From the NCBI GenBank assembly GCA_043228905.1, contig JBHGNT010000008.1, positions 6,262,001 through 6,326,000 on the forward strand: DNA of 64,000 nucleotides, given 5' to 3'. The stretch comes from Azolla caroliniana (taxonomy: Eukaryota > Plantae > Polypodiophyta). Position 1 is the first letter of the stretch. Every line of letters starts with the position of its first letter. Positions 1-11,237 of this stretch are shown piece after piece. Made by a program: the position numbers and the translations under genes. Under the pieces are notes generated by a model. The model was given only the letters and a program-made list of their open reading frames with translations. It did no database searches and was not told the DNA's origin.

Positions 1-411
1 TCCCGGAGACCTTCTCCGATCCGCCGTAGCTCCCATGATGGCCTTTGCCTACCCCCGCTTTAACGGCGAAACCGACGCCGCAACTCATGTTCGCATGTTC
101 TTAAACGTTTGGAATGCGAACCACATGGCGCAGAACCTTTCCGAGACGGTGGCACACCAGTCGAAAATGACGGAGTTCGGATTAACATTAGATGGGCGTG
201 TGGTGTTCTGGCATTCACAGATGGATTTACCGGCCATAACAACCTTCGATCAACTCCAGTCTGCGTTCTTGCGTTTTTTCCACCGGAGGGTTCCACAACG
301 CGAGATTCTCGGGTAGTTTTATACAATTAAGCAACTACCGACCGAGACAATAACAAACTTTAGCTTACGGTTCCAAAATTTACGACGGAACATGGATCGA
401 AGACCTGCGGA

Positions 412-849
412 TGTCATGATATGGCAAGACTCGAACCCATAAGCTTAGGTTATATGGGTCAAGCTCTTGACCATTAGACCATCTGTTGTAATACGTAGGA
501 TATTATTTTCATTTACATTTTATTATAGGAAATTAGTGTATATTCCAGATTTCTCTGGAACATTCTAGAAGCTTCAAGATTACTCCTGAAAACACTATAA
601 AAGAGGGCACTAGGCATTATGTTGAACCAAATTGGTTCAACGCCAGTCTTAAGCCTTGTAGCCACCATTGTATATTCTCTTCATATAATACATATCTTTC
701 TTATCATCACTCTCTCTCTCTCTCTCGATCTCTCTCTTTCTCTCCATCTTGCTCACTCCTTCCTTCTCTCGAAGAAGTTCTACACCTCTCATAGTACTAA
801 TCCTTTGTTTAGTACTAATTCCTTCTCTATCTCAGTACTGTTCCTGACA
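412..849 (+). repeat. 5' LTR of Tcn1-like element
   Basis: TGTCA...TGACA termini, TATAAAA at 596-602, (CT)n tract, direct repeat of 6396-6835. Confidence 0.95.
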
Positions 850-851
850 GT

Positions 852-863
852 TTGAACCAATTT
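852..863 (+). promoter_or_regulatory. Self-priming PBS (Tf1-type)
   Basis: TTGAACCAATTT just after the LTR is the exact reverse complement of LTR 629-640, about 30 nt downstream of the TATA box. No TGG-initiated tRNA PBS is present. Confidence 0.8.
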
Positions 864-922
864 TCCTACCTTCTATCTCTCTCATTTCCTACTAATCTCT
901 TATTCCTCTTTTCTTTCATCCC

Positions 923-2897
923 ATGGCCACTGTTAGCGCTGAAGAATATCAATCTGTTTTCTCGGAATTTCAATGCTTGGAAGAGAAGTTCCATGCTTTG
1001 GAACAAGAAAACCAATGGTTGCTGGGAGATCTTCAACAAATCTCCTTAGAAAAGTAGCAAACGCAACAACAGCATGGGGAACTTGCGTTACGCGTGCAAC
1101 AATTCGAAGCAACCATCGTAATGATGCAACAACAAGGGCTCGGAACACAAGGGATTCATAAAGAACCCAAGATTGGCCTTCCCACGAAGTTCGATGGAAC
1201 GCGATCGCAGTTTAGAGGGTTCCTTAACCAGGTACGATTAGTTATCCAAATGCATCCTTCCCGATATCCCACCGATGCATCACGAGTGGGTTTAGTAGGC
1301 ACTTTGTTAAGTGGCTCAGCGTTGTCATGGTTCGCTCCACTATTAGAAAAGGAATCTCCGTTACTCAACAATTCTGAAGAGTTTCTAGGTGAGTTTAAAG
1401 CATGTTTCGCAGGTACTGACAGCATCAGGACCGCAATTAACAAAATTCGGCGATTACGCCAAGGTGACTGTCCAGCCTCCACATACGCTGCAGATTTTCG
1501 CCTACTCGTCACCGATATCCCTTGGGATGATCAAGCGTTGATGGAGCAATTCCGTTATGGTTTACGCAACGACGTCAAGGATTTACTCTTGACCTTCCCC
1601 GAAGAGCCAAAGTCCTTAACAGAAGCAATCAGTCGCGCGGTGAGATGTGACAACCGCCTCTTTGAGCGACGTTCGGAAAGACAGCTACAGATGCCGAGGC
1701 CAAGATCAGAGCCCACCTACGCCTCAGTGGTAGCAAGACCTTTTCCGAGGGAGTCATATAATGTGCCTCCAGCGAATACTCCGAATCCAATGGAGATTGG
1801 CACTACACGTCGTCGAGGGCCATTATTCGAAGAAGAAAAGCAGTGACGCCGTACAAATCGACTATGTCTTTACCAAGGTTGTTAGGTACGGTACATATAC
1901 CATACGTATTTAACGTATTAATACCCGTATAGTACCTCCCAATTTAAAAATACGTTAAATACGTTTTCTTAATATGTTAAATACTTATAAATACGTAAAA
2001 TACGTATAGTGCGTTAAATACTTCTAGAATTTGAAAAATTATTTACCTTTCTAAAAAATATCTATAATATTGTAAAAAACATCTATGTTTACACAATTTT
2101 GTGATGTACAATATAGTTCTACATCCTAAAATGCATATAAGACATTTGAACATTTCACATCCTAAAATACTTGTAGTAATATGAATGTCGACATTCCCTT
2201 ATTCTATAAATCAGTGTAAGTGTGTATCACGATGTTCTACTTCAAATTGTAATAATTTACAATTATGCCTTCATAAATTGAGGAATTCTATACGATTATC
2301 ACACTCATGATAGGTTTCTCTTTTCTTCGTTTTCTTCTTCTATCTACCGTGATTATCACACTCAGGATAGGTTTATGTCTTCTTTTCTCTCTTCTTCTTC
2401 GTCTTCTTCTTCTTCTTCTTCATCGTTGTCTCTTCTATTCGTCTTTCTTCCTTCCTTTGGCTTCTTTTTCACTAAAATCTTTTTTTTCTTTTGCTTTTTG
2501 TTAGGATCTTACTTACATTTTCTTTATAAATACGTATTATACCTGTTTTTTTATAAATGCGTTAAATACCGTATTGGACAAATGTACATGATATTTGACT
2601 GAACAACATTGAGGTATAGTACATACTATACAAATGATGAGGTACTATACGTATTTAAACGTTAAATACGGGTACGTAAACAACCATGGTCTTTACTGCG
2701 GTGGACCAGGACATATCGCAATAAATTGCCCCCATAGGCCAAGAAGACAGGTAAACTAAATAGTCGCTAGTTCTAACTGTACTAAACCTGAGCCTATTTC
2801 AGTAGGGATATCTGATAGTCCTAATAGTACTAATAGCCCAGATCTAGCGAACAAATTTGATGTCCTTAGTCAGTTAGAAGAAGAGTTAAACGACTAA
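923..2897 (+). pseudogene. gag: Tcn1-like gag, frameshifted and split by a MITE in the zinc knuckle
   Basis: ORF 1094-1846 (KFDGTRSQFRGFLNQ, LRQG, QFRYGL). Removing 1874-2696 restores CLYCGGPGHIAINC. Ends at TTAAACGACTAA, the likely gag/pol frameshift region. Confidence 0.88.
1874..2688. mobile_element. hAT-type MITE / non-autonomous DNA transposon
   Basis: 8-bp TSD GTCTTTAC at 1866-1873 and 2689-2696. TIR CAAGGTTGTT / AACAACCATG. AT-rich, with subterminal AATACG(T) repeats and no ORF. Confidence 0.92.
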
Positions 2898-2923
2898 GTC
2901 CAGCCAAAATAGGAGCCGTTTGG

Positions 2924-5900
2924 TTGGACAGCCCTAGATCTGTGCAACCCATTAGTGGTTCCATTCCCTCTAAGCAAGTTAGTGATGTGTTCGTAGCCCA
3001 AGTAATAGTTAGTACTAAAACTATCCCTCCAGTACATGTCCTAGCACTCCTAGATTCCGGGGCTAACTCTTGCTTTATGGATAAGAAATTTGCTCAAGCT
3101 CATAAGATATCCCTAAGAAAACTCCAGTGTCCAGCCTCTGTAGTAGTCATTGATGGACGTCCCATTGCTTCTGGAAATATCATAGAAGAGTCAGAGCCCA
3201 TTAATACTGTCCTAGATAACTTAGCATGTGTAGTATCATTTAATATTAGTAGTATCCCAGAACATCCTATAGTTTTAGGATTACCGTGGTTCGAGTTACA
3301 TAACCCATACATAGATTGGAGAACAAGAGAAATCCGGTGTCGACAAACCCAAGGGACAACTCAGAAGATGGCAACCATTTCGCTACGTCAATTGCGTAAA
3401 GAAGGGCGCGAGGAGGAAATGTTCCTCTTTGCAATATCAGTAAACCCCTCCAGCACCACTAAAGAAGAATCCACCGTTCAACTTCCTGAGAAGTATCGTC
3501 ATTACGCCGATGTGTTCGATAAAATACAAGCCAACACACTTCCTCATCATCGACCGTACGATTGCCCCATCGATTTACAACTGGGAAAAGAGCCGCCATG
3601 GGGACTGATCTACAATTTGTCACCAACCGAGCTGGAAGTCCTTTGGGCCTATATCGAGGAGAATTTGGAAAATGGTTTCATTCGACATTCGAAATCTTCA
3701 ACCGGCGCGCCCATTTTCTTTGTCAAGAAAAAAGATGGATCGCTTCGTCTTGTTGTAGATTGTCGTGGCTTGAATAAGGTTACAATCAGGAATAGGTATG
3801 CTCTTCCCCTTATCTCAAGTCTTTTAGAACGGATCAATGGTGCCAGGTTCTTCACGAAGATCGACTTACGGGGAGCATATAACCTCGTACGGATACGACC
3901 AGGAGACGAATGGAAGACCGCGTTTCGCACCAGATATGGCCAGTTCGAGTATACGGTCATGCCGTTCGGCCTCACTAATGCGCCGACAGTCTTCCAGCAC
4001 ATGGCTAATGATATATTCCGAGATCTATTGGATGATTGTTTGATCATCTATTTGGATGATCTACTGGTTTATTCAAAGACCCAAGAAGAACATGATTCTC
4101 ATGTACTATTAGTACTAAAACGACTTCGAGAACATGGTCTGTATGCAAAGCTGGAAAAATGTAGTTTCGAGTGCAACCAAGTGGAATTTCTCGGCTACAT
4201 CATTTCGTCAAAAGGCATCTCCATGGACCCAGCTAAGGTCAAAACGGTGGTAGAATGGCAGACTTCGCGTTCGGTGCGGGATGTGCAATGCTTCCTAGGC
4301 TTTGCCAATTTTTACCGAAAGTTCATACAAGATTACTCAAAGATCATTCTACCTCTCACAAAACTTACCAGGAAGGGACAACCGTTCATCTGGTCTGAAG
4401 AAATGGACATGGCTTTCGAAATTCTTAAAAAGGCATTTACATCGGCTCCAATTCTAGCTCATGTTGATCCGGAAAAAGCATTCATTATCGAAGCTGACGC
4501 ATCGGATTTTGCATTGGGGAGCATTCTGTCACAACAGGGGAATGATGAGAAGCTACATCCCGTGGCTTTTCACTCACGCAAGTTTGACGCTGCCGAAATT
4601 AACTACGAAATTCATGATAAAGAGCTATTGGCAATAGTGGATTCTTTTATGCAATGGAGGCATTTTCTGGAGGGATCCTCTCATCCAGTCACCGTATTTA
4701 GTGATCACAAGAATCTTGCCTACTTTCAAGATGCTCGTGTGTTGAATCGACGTCAAGCTCGGTGGGCCCACTTCCTCACGTGTTTTGACTGCATTATCAC
4801 GACGTTCGTATCTAGCACCCCGTCCCGACGAGCCAGCTTTCGATAATCAAAAACAAGTCATCTTGGGACCGACATGACTACAATCAACATAGATCTTTGA
4901 CATGCCCATGGATTCCCACGTTATCGATACCATACGTGAAGACTTGAGGACAGATGCGTTCGCCCAACCTATACTAGCACAAATTGATCCCTCTCGAGCG
5001 TCGTGTTCACAGTTGCAACCACTAGGTATGGACTATCGGCAATTCAAATACCATGATGGATTACTCTTCTTTAAAGAACTTTTGTATGTTCCTAATGGTT
5101 CTTGCCGCCTTTGAGTAGTTCAAAACTACCATGACACATATACAACTGGGCATTTTGGTAGTACTAAAACATTACATTTAGTACAACGATCATTCTGGTG
5201 GCCCTGTATGCGACATTTTGTCGAGGATTTTGTTCGGACTTGTGATACATGTTGCAGAGCGAAAATGCCAAGGCATCATCCATATGGTTTATTAGAACCA
5301 TTACCAATTCCAAGCAAGCCGTGGCAATCCATTGCTCTCGACTTCATCACAGATTTTCCAGTCTCTAAGGGGTTCAATGCGATTCTAACGGTGGTCGATC
5401 GATACACGAAGATGGCTCATTTCTTGCCATGTACTAAGGAGATCTCTAGTGAAGACACTGCCGAAATTGTCATGCGTGAAGTATGTCGGCATCATGGACT
5501 TCCCGATAGTATCATCAGCGACCGTGGACCCCAGTTCGTGTCAAAATTCTGGAAGCACCTTTTTAACATGCTCAAGGTCTCTTGTAACCTCTCCTCCGGC
5601 TACCACCCACAAACCGACAGCCAAGTTGAACGAACAAATCAAACGCTGGAGCAGTATCTGCGGTGCTTTCTCAGTTATCATCAGGACGACTGGGCAGATA
5701 TTCTCCAGTTCGCCGAATTTGCCTATAACAACTCTATCCACGCATCCACTAAAGTTACGCCATTTTATGCTTATACGGGATGTCACCCCCGGTGGAGTGT
5801 CCTTGAAACCCCAGAGGTGTCCACAAATCCGTGCGCGGAGGATCGTTTGGAGCGGTTACGCAAGATACAAGCGGATTTATCTACTCATCTCCAGCAAGCT

Positions 5901-6395
5901 CAACAAACACACAAGGTCTACGCGGATCGTCATCGACTTCCATCCAGTTTTAATATTGGAGATCGGGTGTGGCTGCTACGACGACACATCAAGACTACTC
6001 GCCCATGTGAGAAGTTGGATTATCGACGATTAGGTCCTTTCCGTATTATTGGATAGATTAATGATGTCGCTTTTCGTCTCGATCTACCTCCTCAACTTCG
6101 GATACATCCGGTGTTTCATAGTTCTCTCCTTGAACCCTACCACGAGAGCACCATCCCAGGACGTCTTATCCAACCTCCACCCCCGATCGAGCTTGAAGAT
6201 GGGCTGGAGTACGAGGTTGCTGCCATTATCTAGTCGATTGGCTAGGCTATAGTCCCAGTGAACGTACTTGGGAACCGATCGAGAATGTGACCAATGCTCG
6301 TGCTCTTCTTGAAGACTTCCATCGTCAATATCCACACAAATCGGGTCCTCAATCCAAGACGACTCGTGACACTCGTCGTTTTAAAGGGGGAATAG
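2924..6395 (+). pseudogene. pol: Tcn1-like pol (PR-RT-RH-IN-chromodomain) with stops and small deletions
   Basis: LLDSGA, YLDD, ADASD, DFITD...SDRGPQF...VERTNQ and GPF motifs in ORFs 2924-4846, 4902-5114, 5208-6056 and 6049-6252. Confidence 0.93.
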
Positions 6396-6835
6396 TGTCA
6401 TGATATGGCAATACTCGAACCCATGACCTTAGGTTATATGGGTTGAGCTCTTGACCATTAGACCATCTATTGTAATACGTAGGATATTATTTTCATTTAC
6501 ATTTTATTATAGGAAATTAGTGTATATTCCAGATTTCTCTGGAACATTCTAGAAGCTTCAGGATTACTCCTGAAAACACTATAAAAGAGGGCACTAGGCA
6601 TTATGTTGAACCAAATTGGTTCAACGCCAGTCTTAAGCCTTTTAGCCACCATTGTATATTCTCTTCATATAATACATATCTTTCTTATCATCACTCTCTC
6701 TCTCTCTCTCTCGATCTCTCTCTTTCTCTCGATCTCGCTCACTCCTTCCTTCTCTCGAAGAAGTTCTACACCTCTCATAGTACTAATCCTTTGTTTAGTA
6801 CTAATTCCTTCTCTGTCTCAGTATTGTTCCTGATA
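6396..6835 (+). repeat. 3' LTR of Tcn1-like element
   Basis: Direct repeat of 412-849, preceded by the PPT and followed by TSD GCGGA. Terminal CA is mutated to TA. Confidence 0.95.
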
Positions 6836-6840
6836 GCGGA

Positions 6841-9800
6841 GGAGGAGGCACGGGAGACATTTCTAGCAGCGTTATGTCGACCCATCAGGGCAACGCTCAA
6901 CAACAATAGCATGAAAGGGGAAACGGCGGATATGGTGATTGAACGAGCGTTACAGCTCGAGTTGGATGACGAGGAGGAGAGGTTTTCGATGTCATCCTTA
7001 CGACAAGCGTTACGTCAGGATGAGGAACGCCAATTTCGTCAGGCAATCCAGCGCACGATTTGCTTGAACTCGGGGCATTATGCGAATCCACTGCCCAATC
7101 TACCACTCGAAGGTTCACACAGTCGACCAATGCGAGTACAATATGTTAAACAGAGCCACGCCCGCGGTCCGCAGCATGGACACAGAGCGGCAACCACATC
7201 GGGTGGAACAAAGGAGGCAAGAAGACCGACCCCGGTATAAGGATCGCAACCCGCGGGAGGACAGGTACAACCGGAATCGCCGAAATCACAACGAGTCCGA
7301 GGAGGAGGACCCGGAGGACGAGGATTATCGTGGACATCCGAGTTATGCCAAAGGAGGTCAGCGATACGAACATCAACGCCCGATGAACAAAGAGGCGGCT
7401 TCAATGATTATCGAGGTAAGCCTTGACAATATAGGGATCACCGGCGTTACGATGAAAGCTCGGGGGATGAGCGGCACCAGGAACAACAATGGGATCAACA
7501 ATAGCCACCGTGTACGTCCCGACAAACGAGGCCGGACCGCGAAGAGCAAGTAGCGCCCGGAGAACGGCACACTCCACTTGGGGCTGAGAAGGGAGAATCA
7601 AGCATCCACTGTTTTATTTGTCAGCAACCCGGATATTATGCAACACAATGCCCAACACGCAAGGGAAAGGGGCCTGCCATCAACATGATTACGACGGAGG
7701 TGCAACAAGTCACGACACGCCAGCAAACGAAAACGGTGGATTGGGCGGCGTAGGACGAGGTACGACGACAAGCCCAAGCCTGTGTGGAAAAAGCAAACGC
7801 AACCAATACGGAACGTATGAGGCAGGAGTCCGCGAATGCAATGAAGTGAACAGAGAACAAAAAACCGGGGCCGGATCCCATTTGGCAGGTGTTAACGGGC
7901 TATGAAATCACGCTAACTATGGAAAAACTGCTATAGTTAGTTCCACGTTTCCGCCAGACCATGGAAGCACAGGTGGCAGGCATGACTGGGGCGAGCGTTG
8001 CCACAAACCTGACTGACGTCAGCGAGGGACCACCAGTGGTAGATCAGCACAACCCGGCCATTACAGTAATATTGCACGGACAGGAAGTCCCTGGATGTGT
8101 AATCGACGACGGCTTAGGCGTCAATGTGATTAGCGCGAAAATTTGCGAACAGTTGGGCATTTCCGAATGGGAGGCGTGTCCATTCTGGCTTCGCATGGCA
8201 GATACCTGATCAGTGTGGCCGTTGGGGCTAATTCGCAAAATAGGCATCATCGTGGGCGGACACCGCTTCGACTTATCGGCGGTCGTCCTCGCTTTGGACA
8301 CGCCAGGAGCGTACCCAGTGCTTCTGGGCAGACCATGGCTTCAGACAGCAAATATCAAGCAGAGCTGGCAACACGAGTGTATCAGTTTCCGGCAGGGACG
8401 CATCAAGGTTCGTGTTCCTACGGAAGGCAACACGCCCCAACCTAAGGGGATAACACCGTTATATGCGGAAGATATCAATATGCTGGCTGGGGTGGAGGAT
8501 ACCGAATTGGAAGCGTACCTTGACGAACACCCTCGGATTATTCCGTTGTTCGAGATAGATGTCATCGTAACTGCGGCAGAATATACTACGACCATTGTTC
8601 CAAGCGAAGAGCCGTACAAACCAAACCCAGAGTCCATATTGGAACTCAGCAGAGCACGGGCGGCCTTCGAAAGGGAAATGGAGATTTCATGACGGGTCAC
8701 CGCTTCCGCTCTCGACGAAGTGAATGTGGGTACGGGATCGGAACCCCGGTTCCTCTCCATAGCAAAGGAATTGAGGCCGGACTAGAGAACCACAATGATC
8801 GCACTACTCACAGAATATAAAGGTGTGTTCGCATGGGCTCATGAGGACATGAAGGGGTTAGATCCCAAGTTCTATCAGCATAAGATAAATTTAGCAACGG
8901 ACGCGAAACCTGTCCAGCAGCGTCGCTACCGCATGAACCCCAATTACGCGACCCGCGTGAAAGAAGAAATTTGACAAGCTGCTGAGGGCTAGGTTCATAC
9001 GGCCAGTAAAACAAGCGACATGGCTTAGCCTGATAGTGGTTGTCCCAAAGAAAAACGGCAAAATACGGGTATGCGTGGATTACCGGAAATTAAACGTCGT
9101 AACCATTACGGACGCATTTCCCTTACCCTTCATTGATAGCGTGCTGGACGCCGTCGTAGGCCATGAGATGTACAGTTTCTTAGATGACTTCAGTGGCTAT
9201 AACCAAGTACGCATGCACCCCGACGACCAGGAGAAGACGACATTTGTCACGGACTGGGGAGTATATGTGGCAGTCGTCATGATGTTCGGGCTAAAGACAA
9301 CACCGGCAACATTCCAACGAACAATTACGGAGATCTTTGGGGAATACATTCCGGCGTTCATGCAAGTCTTTTTAGAAGATTTTGCGGTATATGGGCGAAC
9401 AAAAGACCATTTCTCGCACTTACGTCTCTGCATGGAACATTGCTGCACCGCACGCTTCAGCCTGAATCCCACGAAATGTGCATTCGGCGTGACCAGCGGG
9501 GCTCTCCTAGGCCACATAGTCAACAAGGAAGGAATAACGGTCGATCCAAATAAGATCTCCGCTATTACGCAAGCTAAAACTCCGACAAATGCCAAAGCAC
9601 TTAGCCAGTTTTTGGGCCAAATACGGTGGCATAGTCGGATGATACGGTATTTGGCGGACTTCGCCACGCCACTACACGCTACTGTACATCAGACTCCTTT
9701 CCAATGGACCGCAACAGAGGATAAGGCATATGAGGCACTTAAGATAATGCTCACACAGGCCCCCATAGTACAACTTCCAGTTTGGGCGAAACCATTTCAC

Positions 9801-11084
9801 GTGTTCGTCGACGCCTCGGACACAGCAATAGGAAGCGCATTAATGGAACTCACCGAACCAAACTGGTACAGGCTAGTATACTACGCAAGTCGTAAATTAT
9901 CAGCAGCAGAACATAACTATTCCACAATAGAGTGGGAGGCGCTAGGGATGATCTATAGCATCAATAAATTCTGACATTATTTACTGGGATGGAAATTCAC
10001 GTTCCACGTGGGTCATTCGGCATTATTGTATTTGGTAGAGAAACAAGCCCTGACAGGGAAATTGACGCGGTGGATGCTGCTGCTCCAGGAATTCGAGTTC
10101 GTAATTCAGCACCGGCCAGGGACGCAACACGCAGTGGCGGATTTTTTGAGCAGACTCGAGAATGGAGAAACAGTACAGAAAGACGACGACGATTTTCCGG
10201 ATGCTGACATCTGGCGAGTAGCGACATTTGCAGAAAAAATGGAATCCACCTTTCCGGATCGATGGCTTATGGAAATGACGTACTTTTTGACTACAGGACT
10301 ACCTCCACCACAATTACGCACAGACGAGAAGAAACGACTAGCTGTTCGAAGTCATCACTTTTGCCTGGTCGAAGGGTATTTATATCACAAAGGAAGTGAC
10401 GACATTTGGCGACGTGGAGTCCGTGAGGATGAAAAAGAAGCCGTTTTACGGGAGGCACACTGCGGCACGGCCGGCGGCCATTACGCAGGCAATGTGACTG
10501 CCCGCAAAGTATGGCAGGCAGGCTTATGGTGGCCAACAACACAGAAGGACGCCTCCGAGTATTGTAGAAAGTGTGATTTGTGCTAGTGGATGGGTCAGCC
10601 CGCGGAGGACACAAGGATGCCACACCAACCCGTATTACCACTCGACCCCTTCCAAAAGTGGGGATTGGATTTTGTGGGGCCCTTCACACCAGCAGCAGCC
10701 CGTACGGGTAACAAATACATATTGGTAGCCACGGATTACGGAGAGAAACGCGTCCACAACATGGCTGTGTTGGAAGAAGAACAGCGACGACCTAAAGCAT
10801 TTGTCGATCGACATCAGAGTGCAAGGGAAAAGGAGTTCGCCATGGCCCGAGAGGTGCTAGTTTTTCAAACACGCATGGGCCAGATGCCGGGTAAGCTACG
10901 TTTCCGCTGGACCGGCCCATACTGGATAATTGGAGCGGAACAGGGTACATTCCAACCAGGAACACTGGGTGGAGAAATAGTACGGCAAAAAGTGAATGGG
11001 TTTCGGCTCAAACGTTACCTGGGCCCTACACCACCTAACCCATTCACCACCGAACGAGACAAAGCCGGAGAACCCGCAACGTAA
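6841..11084 (+). pseudogene. G1 gag-pol (3' part), disrupted by stops and frameshifts, integrase core deleted near 10740
   Basis: ORF fragments 7961-8209, 8213-8692, 9036-9974, 10008-10586 and 10590-11084 carry PR/RT/RH/IN motifs. YILVATDY is fused directly to the C-terminal region (GKLRFRWTGPY...VNGFRLKRY). Confidence 0.9.
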
Positions 11085-11237
11085 AAGGGACAGGCCCAAC
11101 TATACTATAATGTAAAAATAGGGGGTAACTAACCGTTAGGAAAAAAAAAGAAAAAAGAAAAAGAAAGAGAAGATAGCGATTATTAAAACGACTAAAGGCA
11201 TGCACAAATTCCTAGTTCAAGAACACGCGGCACCACA

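Larger units (their letters stand above)
412..6835 (+). mobile_element. Tcn1-like chromovirus (Gypsy), full length
   Basis: LTRs 412-849 and 6396-6835, about 13 substitutions by eye. TSD GCGGA at 407-411 and 6836-6840. PPT AAAGGGGGAATAG at 6383-6395. sushi/Tf1-type gag, PR-RT-RH-IN and a chromodomain remnant (EYEVAAI...WLGYSPSERTWEP). Confidence 0.95.

Noticed and set aside
412-495. Bona fide tRNA gene in the LTR or array units
   Set aside because: A and B boxes are present, but I could not fold a convincing acceptor and anticodon stem.
2307-2602. Hydrophobic and Ser-rich ORFs, also those over LTR (CT)n/(AC)n/(GAGACA)n tracts
   Set aside because: These are translations of microsatellites inside a MITE or LTRs.
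11110-11180. Purine tract after G1 integrase as the real PPT with an LTR following
   Set aside because: No TG-initiated repeat matching any LTR follows. The sequence runs into the extra ORF. It could at most be an internal PPT.
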